DNA from: a virus | Virus record (IMG/VR): IMGVR_UViG_3300027586_000003 | Location: 32,001-96,000 of that record | Strand: one strand, 5' to 3' | Length of the DNA: 64,000 bases | Part shown: positions 50,735-59,741 of the stretch, one piece after another | Numbering within the stretch: the first letter of the stretch is position 1 | Layout: every line of letters starts with the position of its first letter | Translations under genes and position numbers: made by a program | Notes under the pieces: model-generated | What the model was told of the DNA's origin: nothing | Database searches by the model: none | What the model saw: the letters and a program-made list of their open reading frames with translations, nothing else

Positions 50735-52006
50735 CTACAAAGTTGCGTAACCAAGCCGCCGATACAGGTCGTGACGGACTCGGCTGTGTTTAGCAGCGAG
50801 TGGATGCCAGTAGTCTGCGAAGTCGTAAATCACACCCGATGATTTTCCGGCGAAGCTGCGAAGCACCCGTCCAGTGCGCTGCTCTGTCCGTGCGTTGCTG
50901 CGACCGGCTGACACAAGCACAAGCACATTGGCCCTCGGCAAATCCAATCCCTCATCAGCCAGACTCGTCGCCACGATGCACGGGCAATGACCGGCGGCGA
51001 ACTCCGCCAGCGTCTCCCGGCGTTTCTTGACACCCATCTTGGAGAAGCACGCCACCGCACCGGGTATCATCTCGGCAATCGCCTTGGCGTGGTCAACGTG
51101 GTTCACTAGCACAATCACGGAATCTCTGCGGTGTGCGACCGCCTTGGCGACGGCGGCGCGGGTGCGAAGCTTGTTGCGGACTATCCCAAGCTCCACGCAT
51201 TTCTGGAAAGCAACCTGCCCCCAAAGTATTGCCTCGAACTTCGCCATCATCGCCACCGCCGCACGCTTCCGCTCCTCGGACGCTGATGTGTCGGCCAAGG
51301 TGCGTCGGCACATGGCAACCTCGCCCGTGTGCCAGTAGCGGCGGCGGTAAGCCATCGCACCGTCAATCTCTTGGTCTATCGCGTCCTTCAGGCCGGGGTC
51401 GGTTGCTGAGAGCGTGACGACGCGGGCTTGAACGAGGCGCGAACCAACCTCCTCACGCTCCACGGTGAAGAACTCGTTCCCAAAAATCGCCTTGTATGGC
51501 GGGAACCGTTCGTCGCCTTCCACGGGCGGCGTTGCGGTAAAGCCCCACACCGCTCCATGACAAGTTGCAATCTGTTCAGCCCAGCCTTGGGCTACGGCGT
51601 GCTGGCATTCATCCACCACCAACGCCACGCAGTCGCTCCAATCCGTTGCAGCAGCAGCGCACGCCACCCGCACGTCCGCGCACGAGGCTATGTGTGGGAA
51701 GTGTGCGAGGGCTGACCGCGCTTGGGATGCTTGCTCAACGGTGTTGCACATCCAGCCGATTTGCACCCGTCCTTGGCGCGGCTTTGAGGCCAGCACGGAG
51801 TCAAGTGTCGCCGCACCGATGATGGTCTTGCCTGAGCCTGCGGGCGAGTGGACTGCTCCCCGCCGCTTGGTGCGCAGCCAAGCCACGGCGCGGGCCTGAT
51901 ACGGTTCCAGCACCACGCTTAAAAGGAAATCCCCCTGACTGGCCTCGTGCTTCAGCCGCTCCACGTCCACGCGCTCGCGGATTCCCGTTACTGTGTCTGT
52001 CATCAT
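50735..52006 (-). CDS. SF2 DEAD/DEAH-box helicase
   Basis: PYQ, PAGSGKT, VVDECQH, GFTATP, ATSLADEGLDLP, QRTGRVLR; start 52006 from the ATGA overlap. Confidence 0.9.
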   Translation of the reverse strand: MMTDTVTGIRERVDVERLKHEASQGDFLLSVVLEPYQARAVAWLRTKRRGAVHSPAGSGKTIIGAATLDSVLASKPRQGRVQIGWMCNTVEQASQARSALAHFPHIASCADVRVACAAAATDWSDCVALVVDECQHAVAQGWAEQIATCHGAVWGFTATPPVEGDERFPPYKAIFGNEFFTVEREEVGSRLVQARVVTLSATDPGLKDAIDQEIDGAMAYRRRYWHTGEVAMCRRTLADTSASEERKRAAVAMMAKFEAILWGQVAFQKCVELGIVRNKLRTRAAVAKAVAHRRDSVIVLVNHVDHAKAIAEMIPGAVACFSKMGVKKRRETLAEFAAGHCPCIVATSLADEGLDLPRANVLVLVSAGRSNARTEQRTGRVLRSFAGKSSGVIYDFADYWHPLAAKHSRVRHDLYRRLGYATL

Positions 52007-52272
52007 GTTCGCTCCACGAACGCCAGCGGGCCGCTGAATACCCAAGCCCATTGACCAGCGGTGACAACATCCGCTCCTGTGGCGTCTTTGAACGTCAGCC
52101 CTGCCTCCGGGTTCACCTTCAGCTTGGTGAATGCGAACTCGCTCTTGCTGCCTTCCATTGTGACCACCACCGTATCAGGTGAGTCAGTGGCAGACGGCGA
52201 GGGCAACAAGCCCACGAGCTTTACGATTTCTTCGGGGGTGAGAACGGTTTGGTTTTCGAGATGAATCATCAT
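52003..52272 (-). CDS. Hypothetical protein
   Basis: 89 aa; coupled to the helicase gene. Confidence 0.6.
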   Translation of the reverse strand: MMIHLENQTVLTPEEIVKLVGLLPSPSATDSPDTVVVTMEGSKSEFAFTKLKVNPEAGLTFKDATGADVVTAGQWAWVFSGPLAFVERT

Positions 52273-52284
52273 AGTTTTGTTTGG

Positions 52285-52575
52285 TTAATTTCCTGAAAAT
52301 CTGTGCGCCCCGTTCACAACACGCTCCTGCTGTGTAAAACCTACGGTGCGAACCTCGTTGTGCAAGCTGTCCATGAAGTCAATCTCCTGCTTGTCGGTTT
52401 TGTTCTCGTTGATGGATTGAGCCACGACCGCCATGCAGGAGACCGCGCCCGCATGAAACGCCTGTCGCACTTGCTTCTCCTGCTCATAGGCCATCCCAAC
52501 CGGGTAGGCGCGTGACTTGTAATCCGACCACTCTGCTGTGAATGGATTGCTGTATTTCGATTTGCTCTTGCTCAT
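52285..52575 (-). CDS. Hypothetical protein
   Basis: RQAFHAGA motif; ATGA overlap with rusA. Confidence 0.6.
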   Translation of the reverse strand: MSKSKSKYSNPFTAEWSDYKSRAYPVGMAYEQEKQVRQAFHAGAVSCMAVVAQSINENKTDKQEIDFMDSLHNEVRTVGFTQQERVVNGAHRFSGN

Positions 52576-53096
52576 ATTGTTGCGTTTAGTTTCCACACTG
52601 AAACCACTACTCGCGGGTTAAGTTTGTCGTCGAATCGTTGCGCTTCGATGCGCTCAATCTGAGCGTCGTCAGCGTAGGCGAATCCTTGCAGCACATCTTC
52701 AATCACCTTGATGCGGTTGCCAAGGTCGCCCCGGCGAATCGGGCGGTGAACCAGCAGCTTGATTCCCACCGGGCCTTCAAATGGACGCTTGAAGGCGGCG
52801 GCAGCAATTATGGCGCACTTCGCCTTATATTGCCGCGCCTCGGCGGACACCAGCACCCGCACGGCTCCCTTAATCACAATCGAACGCCAGTAACGGTTGG
52901 CCGAAGGAGGATACGGCAGTGTCAGGGTGACGCTCTCATGCTCTCGCTCTAAAAGCGCAGGCCCACTGAGGATGCTCGTTGCCAGAACGAGTGTTGTGAG
53001 TGGATTAAGCTTAATAGCCGCACGCGCCAGTTCGGCATCAACGAATTTTCGGCCAACCTTAGTTGCCGCAAGCTGTTGGGTTGTCCACTTAGGCAC
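52572..53096 (-). CDS. rusA: RusA family Holliday junction resolvase
   Basis: LPYPPSANRYWR, RRGDLGNRIKV.ED.L.G..Y.DD.QI. Confidence 0.85.
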   Translation of the reverse strand: MPKWTTQQLAATKVGRKFVDAELARAAIKLNPLTTLVLATSILSGPALLEREHESVTLTLPYPPSANRYWRSIVIKGAVRVLVSAEARQYKAKCAIIAAAAFKRPFEGPVGIKLLVHRPIRRGDLGNRIKVIEDVLQGFAYADDAQIERIEAQRFDDKLNPRVVVSVWKLNATI

Positions 53097-53113
53097 GTTT
53101 AGCCTCTTTGAGT

Positions 53114-53410
53114 TCAGTAGCCAGCTTCGATAGCTCGCTTGCGAAGTTCTGCACTGCGGTCAAATTTTCGCCACGGATGGCCGCTTGCAATGCTGCCCGC
53201 ACTTCGCGGTATCTTTTCCATTTCTTTGATTCGCTCATTGTCTTTGTCTTGTTGTTTATGTTTTGCTTTTGAAGCCAACTTTCGGGCCTCTGTCATTGTC
53301 CTTCCTGTGCCTTCAACTACCACCGACTCTGACGCCATTAGACGCCACCGCACTCCGCTTGCTGTGCGGATGAACACCATGCGCGTCGTCTGTATGTATA
53401 ACTTGCCCAC
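53114..53410 (-). CDS. Basic hypothetical protein (start uncertain)
   Basis: ORF track; overlaps the 3' end of the HNH gene. Confidence 0.4.
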   Translation of the reverse strand: MGKLYIQTTRMVFIRTASGVRWRLMASESVVVEGTGRTMTEARKLASKAKHKQQDKDNERIKEMEKIPRSAGSIASGHPWRKFDRSAELRKRAIEAGY

Positions 53411-53918
53411 GTTGAATCAGTGCTGCATTTCTGTCAAGTGTTTTCTGACGCTGTTCAGGCGACGTGTTCCACTGGCCGCTCGGCGCAATCAGCCCAAGCG
53501 CACGCGCCTCAACCGGATGGCTGCCGACCCAGTCGTGGTGCATCCGGCAGAGCGGCTTCCACCACCGGGCATCCGTCAGCAAAGCCCCAATCTTCCCTCT
53601 GGAATGGTGACAGTCCGTAGTCGGTTTGTCGCACCCGCCGGTATAACTGCACATCCGATTCTCTGGCAACGCCTTCCACGCTTTAACCATCCGGCTATAC
53701 TCACGCAACTGGGCTGAACGGACTTTGGACACATGATTGACCGTTTTGCGAGGTTTTTTTGCAGTCACAGAGTTTATAGTGCAGCGAGTTATGCCAGCCG
53801 CTTTGAGTTCAGGATTCAACTTGGCGGGCTTTTCAGCGGCGACACAGGGATTCGTCCCGACCTTGTTCAAAGTCCACAAGGCAGGCTTTGTTGTTGGCTT
53901 ATATCCGTAGAGGCTCAC
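53313..53918 (-). CDS. HNH endonuclease-like protein
   Basis: C....C..TTDCHHSRGK...PLCRMHHDWV..HP..A...GL; start GTG 53918 from the GTGA overlap. Confidence 0.7.
   Translation of the reverse strand: MSLYGYKPTTKPALWTLNKVGTNPCVAAEKPAKLNPELKAAGITRCTINSVTAKKPRKTVNHVSKVRSAQLREYSRMVKAWKALPENRMCSYTGGCDKPTTDCHHSRGKIGALLTDARWWKPLCRMHHDWVGSHPVEARALGLIAPSGQWNTSPEQRQKTLDRNAALIQRGQVIHTDDAHGVHPHSKRSAVASNGVRVGGS
53409..53437 (-). promoter_or_regulatory. Early-type promoter TTGACA-N17-CAACGT
   Basis: AAAACAC-TTGACA as in other family members. Confidence 0.45.
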
Positions 53919-54097
53919 TTTTTCCACTCCTCTCCCGGCGTGTCGTCGTCTCCAAGCGTGCTGTGCCGTCCAAGGGCAGTCGTCGCCTGCTCGTAGATAG
54001 CCCTCTCCCCTTCCGACCACCTGTGACCGTGCTGCGACAGGGCTGTAGCCAGCGAGTCTAACGCACCAAGAATGAGTTGCTTGTCGTCGGCGTTCAT
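53915..54097 (-). CDS. Hypothetical protein
   Basis: 60 aa, coupled on both sides. Confidence 0.55.
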   Translation of the reverse strand: MNADDKQLILGALDSLATALSQHGHRWSEGERAIYEQATTALGRHSTLGDDDTPGEEWKK

Positions 54098-54567
54098 TGT
54101 GGATTTGCAATAGAGTCCATGATGGATTTAACAGCGACCGTGAATGGTGCGACGAACGGCTTCGGCGGTGACAGCTTCGCCACCCGATTGCGCTCGGCAA
54201 CCTCAACCGCCTTGAAGTGACCGAACAGCACGATGGCTGAGAAGACGTGCTTGCAGCTTTGCCACGCATCCGGCTCCTGAACGTCCCGCTTGTTACAGGT
54301 GAAGCTCTCACAAGTGCAGCGACCACGCCCGCCGTTGCTCACCACGTCCACAAGATAGCTGACCGGCTCGGCAGCGGCCCCGCAGTGCGGACACGGCTTC
54401 TCCGACTTGCTGGTGAACTTCACCATGCACGACGGGCAGCGATACCGGGTGTCTGAGAAGGCGTGGAAGCGGCCTTCTTCCCCGTCAATCGGCTGGAGGT
54501 TGACCGCAAAGCCCACTGCGCTTGTTACCCGATATAGCGGGCCTTCACCGATGACCTTGATTTGCAT
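54094..54567 (-). CDS. SWIM zinc-finger protein with an additional Zn ribbon
   Basis: CPSC..CPHCG and CTCESF...CKHV. Confidence 0.7.
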   Translation of the reverse strand: MQIKVIGEGPLYRVTSAVGFAVNLQPIDGEEGRFHAFSDTRYRCPSCMVKFTSKSEKPCPHCGAAAEPVSYLVDVVSNGGRGRCTCESFTCNKRDVQEPDAWQSCKHVFSAIVLFGHFKAVEVAERNRVAKLSPPKPFVAPFTVAVKSIMDSIANPQ

Positions 54568-54588
54568 TGTCGTTGTCTTGTTAAGGGA

Positions 54589-54619
54589 GGGCGACGGCAG
54601 GGGTTGCCTGCCGCCGCTC
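54589..54619. terminator. Strong GC-rich hairpin after the PAPS-reductase cassette
   Basis: GGGCGACGGCAGG-ggttg-CCTGCCGCCGCTC; weak U tract. Confidence 0.45.
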
Positions 54620-54630
54620 GAAATTACTGT

Positions 54631-54792
54631 TTACTGGCGACCGGCGACTTCAGCGGCTCGGCGAAGGAAGCCAGCACCGTCACCGGGCGGAGGTGAAGCC
54701 CCACCACCGGCACCGCCGCGACCGGGGAAGTTGACTCCACCACCTCGGTAATTACGGGTGCCATCACGGGCGTTACGATTGATTCGTTGCAT
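54631..54792 (-). CDS. Gly/Arg-rich 53-aa peptide
   Basis: Manual translation MQRINRNARDGTRNYRGGGVNFPGRGGAGGGASPPPGDGAGFLRRAAEVAGRQ; starts 2 nt after the upstream stop. Confidence 0.55.
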   Translation of the reverse strand: MQRINRNARDGTRNYRGGGVNFPGRGGAGGGASPPPGDGAGFLRRAAEVAGRQ

Positions 54793-54794
54793 GA

Positions 54795-55223
54795 TTACTC
54801 ACCCCCTTCCTGCGGAAGCGGTTCGATTGGGTCGAAGTTCAAAGTCATTGCCTTGTCTTGCTTCTCGCCGATGAAGTTGACGGCCTGTTCAGGGATTGCA
54901 ACCCCAAACTTTTTCGCCACCAACCGCCCGTCGAGGTAGCGAGGGCCAAGCTCGGTCAACCCGGCGTTTTCGAGGAAGGCCATCTTCTGCGCCTCGCTCT
55001 GGAAAACGAGGCAGCACCAATAGTTCGTGTCCATCGCCAGCCCTTGCCGGTCGTTCTCTTTCTTCTCCTTGCCCTTGAAGTGACCCGCCTTCACCTTCTG
55101 CTCGGCAAAGGCGTCCGTCATGGCCTTCTGCTCGTCGTAGCTATCGCTCTCGATGTTCCCAGTGACAGGCAGTTTCGCCAGCGGGTCTTTGACGGGCGTG
55201 TATTTCAATGTTTTGTCGCTCAT
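54795..55223 (-). CDS. Conserved partner of the PAPS-reductase-like gene
   Basis: DTNYWCCLVFQSEAQK.AFL...RYLDG; ATGA overlap. Confidence 0.65.
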   Translation of the reverse strand: MSDKTLKYTPVKDPLAKLPVTGNIESDSYDEQKAMTDAFAEQKVKAGHFKGKEKKENDRQGLAMDTNYWCCLVFQSEAQKMAFLENAGLTELGPRYLDGRLVAKKFGVAIPEQAVNFIGEKQDKAMTLNFDPIEPLPQEGGE

Positions 55224-55951
55224 AAATGGTCTTTCATTCCGGCGAACTCGCCACGCTTCAACTCGCACTCGATGAGTGGGAAGTATTCACGAAGCCGTTC
55301 GTAATCCTTCGGGAAATGTTTTTTTATGGGGGCGATGAAGCGGTAGTCCAACCCGTCCAACGACCGGCCAAAAATCCAGTAGTCAACCGGCAGCTTCAGC
55401 TTCGCCTTGAAGATTTCCACACGAACCTCTTCCTTAGTCCAGTCCCACACCGGGTAGAACTTTTTGTTTTTGTGATTTATCGCCCCGCTGCGGGTGAACA
55501 TCGTCCGGCGGAAGATTGAATCCGCCGCCCGCACGCCAAGGGCCGTGAACGTGGTCGCCGGGAGCTTCAAATGCTGGATGACACCAGCCTGAAGGTCGTG
55601 TGCGTTGAACACCGGAAGCGATGAAGCCATGCACGGTGCAACCTGCTCTGGTGTGGCATACGTGCAGTCAATCCACCACCGATAAAGCATTGGTGACGGA
55701 ACCCGTGTGATTTTCTCACCGAACTTCTCCTCGTAGTAGTCAATCGTGCGGTTCACGAACTCCAAGTGCGGATGGATGTAGTAGAAATACGGGAACACCT
55801 TCACACCCCGTCGTTGCAGCGCAATCATGGCGGCAACCGCATCCTTGCCGCCGCTGAACGCCAGCGACACCTTGCCGCCGCTCTGTGCGGCCACTTGGTC
55901 AATGATGGCCTCGCTTGGAAGGACGCCTTTGATTTCTATTCGCTGTGGCAT
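55220..55951 (-). CDS. PAPS reductase family (PP-loop) protein
   Basis: LAFSGGKDAVA, GVRAADS..RR, YPVWDW. Confidence 0.85.
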   Translation of the reverse strand: MPQRIEIKGVLPSEAIIDQVAAQSGGKVSLAFSGGKDAVAAMIALQRRGVKVFPYFYYIHPHLEFVNRTIDYYEEKFGEKITRVPSPMLYRWWIDCTYATPEQVAPCMASSLPVFNAHDLQAGVIQHLKLPATTFTALGVRAADSIFRRTMFTRSGAINHKNKKFYPVWDWTKEEVRVEIFKAKLKLPVDYWIFGRSLDGLDYRFIAPIKKHFPKDYERLREYFPLIECELKRGEFAGMKDHL

Positions 55952-56151
55952 CAGGCGATGGTAATTTCCAAGTTGGCGGTCGGTGCCGGGAGGCTTCCCA
56001 GCTTGGCGATAATGCCGTTGCGTTGCTTGGTCAGCACGGCGAGACGCTTGTTCACGTAGGAACGGGGGAACTCACCGTCGCCGCACAGGTTCTCAGGCGA
56101 GAGTTGGCAGTCCACATCCGCCAACTGATTCAGCAAGGCTTGTCTTGTCAT
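55951..56151 (-). CDS. Hypothetical protein (66 aa)
   Basis: LSPENLCGDGE motif; leaderless start at 56151. Confidence 0.6.
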   Translation of the reverse strand: MTRQALLNQLADVDCQLSPENLCGDGEFPRSYVNKRLAVLTKQRNGIIAKLGSLPAPTANLEITIA

Positions 56152-56157
56152 GCGAGG

Positions 56158-56186
56158 AGCTTTGCACGACCGCCGCCCGTCGTCAA
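56158..56186 (-). promoter_or_regulatory. Early-type leaderless promoter TTGACG-N17-AAAGCT-N6-ATG
   Basis: Member of the repeated family. Confidence 0.6.
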
Positions 56187-56203
56187 GTGTTTTGTAGCAC
56201 CAA

Positions 56204-56401
56204 TTACACGCCTGCCGAACGTGCGGCCCGGACAATTTCGGCGTATGTGGACGGGCCTGCCGCATTGACCGGCGGAACAACCCGTGTCAGCGTGTCCGGC
56301 AGCGGAAGGCCATCAACATCTTTGATAGTCCCGTCTGGAGACACGTCCAGAAAGCAAACGTCCGGCTCTGCGAAGTCATCATCTTCAGTTACGTCGTTCA
56401 T
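56204..56401 (-). CDS. Small acidic protein downstream of the GNAT-tipped protein (candidate partner)
   Basis: 65 aa, Asp-rich N-terminus, starts 6 nt after the upstream stop. Confidence 0.5.
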   Translation of the reverse strand: MNDVTEDDDFAEPDVCFLDVSPDGTIKDVDGLPLPDTLTRVVPPVNAAGPSTYAEIVRAARSAGV

Positions 56402-56407
56402 AATGGA

Positions 56408-59400
56408 TTAACAACTTGGCGTGTTTTCCGGCGTCTTTTTTCGCATGACATACCGCTTCGTTTCATCAAGGTTAGCCGTAGCCATCTTTATTGTTCCGTG
56501 AAACGTCTTGCCGACGAACATTTCAGCACCGATTTTAATGCACCCGTATTTAGCGGATGCCAGCCGAATCAGGTCACGCGGGTCGCCGCTGTCAACCAGC
56601 TTCATTAACTCTGTGTAAGCCTCTTCCGAAATCTTGGTTCCGGGGAGTGGAACATTGTCCGTCTTGTGGTTGTAAATTGAGTTTTTGTTAATCAGCGCAT
56701 TGCGTTTTTGCGACGCTTCATCTTTGGTGATTACGTTGTTTTTTTCATCGGTATCAATCTTGGCGATTTTAACAGCCGTGTCAGGCTTTGTGTGCCGACC
56801 GTCGCTCGCTAAGTTTGCGCCCTGCGTCTTCAGCCGCGCAAGCGTTGATCGGGCAATGGTGCGGTAGTTTTCCGCGCTGCCGTCTGATTCATCCGGCACG
56901 AATCCATGTTTAAGCCATACGTATCCGCCGTGCGAAAGCGCAGCAAAAACTTTTATTTCTTTCACCCCAGCCCGCTCGTATGCGCCAATGCTCTGCTTGA
57001 ACAGTCGTTGTGAAATCCCCTCTCCTTTGTTGTCTCCCGCATTAAAATAGCCATGATAAACAGATAGCCCATTTGCGCCCATGCTGAAGCTGCGCGTAAT
57101 AGCGGAAGGCATTCCCGGATGAATGAATGAAACTTCAAGCCCGCCACCGGAATCAGCGACGGCCTTCACTTGCCATTTCGCTGTGACGCTGCCAATTTTT
57201 TCAGGCAAATCACTCACCATTGACAGCACCGTGTCCTTTATTTTTGCCGCAACCTCTGTTTGTGGCACTCCAAACGTCGCCGCAACCACTCTGGCGTGTC
57301 TGATTAACGATGCGTCTTCAACATACGTTGCGTTGTGACCGGCTGCGCTGTTCGGCACAAAGTCAGACGGCTGAAAAATTACCGTCCCGTCACTTCTAGT
57401 TAAAGTTGCGCTCGCTTTGCCAACCCTCGCAAGAGTCTCCTCCTTTTCTAAGCGGCTGATTTCTTGAACCCGGCGTTCAGCCGAAAGTCTTGCAGCTTCA
57501 CGGGCTGGAGCAACCTCACTGGTTCTAGCCAGTAAGGCGGCACGATGCGCTTCGTTAGCGCGTTCTAAATCTGCGGCTGCGGTGCGTGTATTTGATTCAG
57601 CTTGAGCAATCGCTGGCGCGTGACTAGCAAAAGCCTGCCGCTCTGCCGCAGCGGCAGCGTTCCGCTCGGTTTCGGAACGGCTTTCAACGGCTTGCCGCTC
57701 GGAATCAATCCGGTTAATATCAGCCTGCTCTTCTGCGCTCAAGCTCCTTCCCGGTGGAATCACAACTGGATACACTGGATTCAACCGCGCCTGCATCGCC
57801 TCATCACGCACACGCTCCCTCTCAACGCGAGCTACCTCACGCGCCCTCGCTTCGGGGGTTAATGCAGCCTCACGCGCCTGCTGTTCCATGTGTGCAACGA
57901 CATTGGTGTGCCACGTCCGGTGCTGTGAAAGCGGCTCACCACCGCCAGCCCCAGCGGCCCGAACAGCATCTAAGTTGCCCGTGGCAATTGCGGTGTTCAC
58001 GCGGTCAACAAAAGCGCGAGTGTGGGGGTAGTCGTCAGACCTGCCAGCGCGGTCGCTTGGAATCTCTGGCGCGGCGGGTATCGAGTTCTGCGCAAGTTGT
58101 GCGGGTGCAGCGGGTGCAGCGGGTGCAGCAGCCTGTCCTGCTTGCGCTGCTTGTGAAAAACCATACTGACCAACGTGGTCAATGAGCCGCTGGTGATACT
58201 CACGTAGTATCGCATATTGACCGCGACTTGCATCCGAACCCGCCATCCTCAGATAGCGGATTGAGTCTGGATTGCGGCTGGCAACAGCAGAGCGGATACG
58301 ACTCAAATATCTCTGTCCCTCAACGTGATTCGGGTTGGTGTGTGGCTCACGCGGCAGCGGGGGCGCAACCACGGGGCTTGCTGCCGCTACGGGGCTTGCT
58401 GCCGCCACGGCTGCGGCTGCGGCTGCGGCTACGGGTGCGGCTACGGGTGTTGGGGCGGCGACCGGGACAGCGGCCTGCGCGGGAGTTCCGTTCTGCTCCA
58501 TGTGCCGAATCACGGCGGCTTGCCAGTCACGGGCGTTCTGATTGATTGGAGGGCTTGGAGAAATCGCCCTAACCGCAGCCAAGTTGCCAGTTCCAGCCGC
58601 CTCCCGAACCGCCAACACATAAGCGTGCGACAGCGGAGCGTTCGCCGGGTCGGAGAACGGCTGAACCGGAAGCGCGGCAATGAGTCCAGCGCGAACAGGG
58701 TCGGCCTGTGCGCCGCTGTTAATCGCCATCACCGCAGCTAAATCGTTTGCGGCGGCAGCGTCATTGGCTCGCAGATAGTCAACAACCGACTGACGCCACG
58801 CACGAACGTCCGCGTTCACTGAGGGTTCCAACTCCAAATCGGAAATCGCGTTGTAATTTCCAGCCCGCGCTAGTGGCAGAATTGTTGCGACCGCAGCCGT
58901 GCTGTCTGGAAATCTGCGCTGTATGTCCTGCAAACTGTATCTCTGTGGAGCCTCTGGCATCACTGACTGCGCCACGGGGGCCGCAGCGGGCGCGGAAACC
59001 GGAGCGGGTTGCCTTGCCTCCGGCTGCGCTGCCGCCTGAACCGCTGCCGCCACCCGTGCATCAGCCTCACTAGCGGCGCGTCTGGTGATTTCAATGGCCT
59101 GTTGAACGGCCTCCGCTCGTGCGGCATTCTCCCGCCCCATCGTCGCCGCCATCGCCGCGTCCAGAGTCGGTGAAGCGGAGACAGCGGGAACATCATCCAC
59201 AGTCGCTCGACGCCACCACCGCCCCGCCTGAAGTGTTGCCGCCTGCCTCGCCGCTTCAGCAGCCCGGTCAGTTTCAAGCTGCGCCGCCCGCGCATCAATC
59301 TCGGCGTGCCGCCGCGCAATAGCCGAAGTGTCCTCCGCCGGTTGTGCGGGTGCCGCAACCGGCTCTGGCCGCTGAATCGCCGGACGCTGCGCTTGACCGG

Positions 59401-59701
59401 ATTCTCGTGCGTGCAGGTTCGCTTCCCGACGGTCGGCTGCCCTCCTGAGAGTTTGGTAAGCGGCGGCTGGAATCTGGCTCCTTTCCTGTGGCAATCCTTG
59501 CGTCCGCTTCATTTCACGCTGAATCTCCAATACCCTCGCCTGACGCTCTGGCGTCCGCCGTGAACCCGCCCGCTGTGCGTCACCGGCCCCGACGTGGCAT
59601 TCAAGCCCCCCGGCGATGAAGCCGTCGCCGCAAGGCTGCCCCGTGTTCGCCAGTAGGCGGGCGTCATTTACGATAACTGTGTAGGCAGCAGTGGCGGTCA
59701 C
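56408..59701 (-). CDS. 1097-aa CG-tag protein with helical repeats and a C-terminal GNAT-like domain
   Basis: LANTGQPCGDGFIAGGLECHVG; repeated GNL.AVRA...W...V..HMEQ; KGEGISQRL...GVKEIKV.A...GGYVW.K.GF. Confidence 0.7.
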   Translation of the reverse strand: MTATAAYTVIVNDARLLANTGQPCGDGFIAGGLECHVGAGDAQRAGSRRTPERQARVLEIQREMKRTQGLPQERSQIPAAAYQTLRRAADRREANLHARESGQAQRPAIQRPEPVAAPAQPAEDTSAIARRHAEIDARAAQLETDRAAEAARQAATLQAGRWWRRATVDDVPAVSASPTLDAAMAATMGRENAARAEAVQQAIEITRRAASEADARVAAAVQAAAQPEARQPAPVSAPAAAPVAQSVMPEAPQRYSLQDIQRRFPDSTAAVATILPLARAGNYNAISDLELEPSVNADVRAWRQSVVDYLRANDAAAANDLAAVMAINSGAQADPVRAGLIAALPVQPFSDPANAPLSHAYVLAVREAAGTGNLAAVRAISPSPPINQNARDWQAAVIRHMEQNGTPAQAAVPVAAPTPVAAPVAAAAAAAVAAASPVAAASPVVAPPLPREPHTNPNHVEGQRYLSRIRSAVASRNPDSIRYLRMAGSDASRGQYAILREYHQRLIDHVGQYGFSQAAQAGQAAAPAAPAAPAQLAQNSIPAAPEIPSDRAGRSDDYPHTRAFVDRVNTAIATGNLDAVRAAGAGGGEPLSQHRTWHTNVVAHMEQQAREAALTPEARAREVARVERERVRDEAMQARLNPVYPVVIPPGRSLSAEEQADINRIDSERQAVESRSETERNAAAAAERQAFASHAPAIAQAESNTRTAAADLERANEAHRAALLARTSEVAPAREAARLSAERRVQEISRLEKEETLARVGKASATLTRSDGTVIFQPSDFVPNSAAGHNATYVEDASLIRHARVVAATFGVPQTEVAAKIKDTVLSMVSDLPEKIGSVTAKWQVKAVADSGGGLEVSFIHPGMPSAITRSFSMGANGLSVYHGYFNAGDNKGEGISQRLFKQSIGAYERAGVKEIKVFAALSHGGYVWLKHGFVPDESDGSAENYRTIARSTLARLKTQGANLASDGRHTKPDTAVKIAKIDTDEKNNVITKDEASQKRNALINKNSIYNHKTDNVPLPGTKISEEAYTELMKLVDSGDPRDLIRLASAKYGCIKIGAEMFVGKTFHGTIKMATANLDETKRYVMRKKTPENTPSC

Positions 59702-59709
59702 TGGCTTCG

Positions 59710-59735
59710 TTTAGTGAATCGTGGGGCGATTGCAA
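59710..59735 (-). promoter_or_regulatory. Candidate late-type promoter TTGCAA-N14-ACTAAA
   Basis: Same spacing as the structural-gene sites. Confidence 0.35.
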
Positions 59736-59741
59736 GCAGCT

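Noticed and set aside
53919-54326. N-terminal 136 aa of the 337-aa ORF 53313..54326
   Set aside because: It overlaps two better-supported genes; the HNH gene more plausibly starts at GTG 53918.
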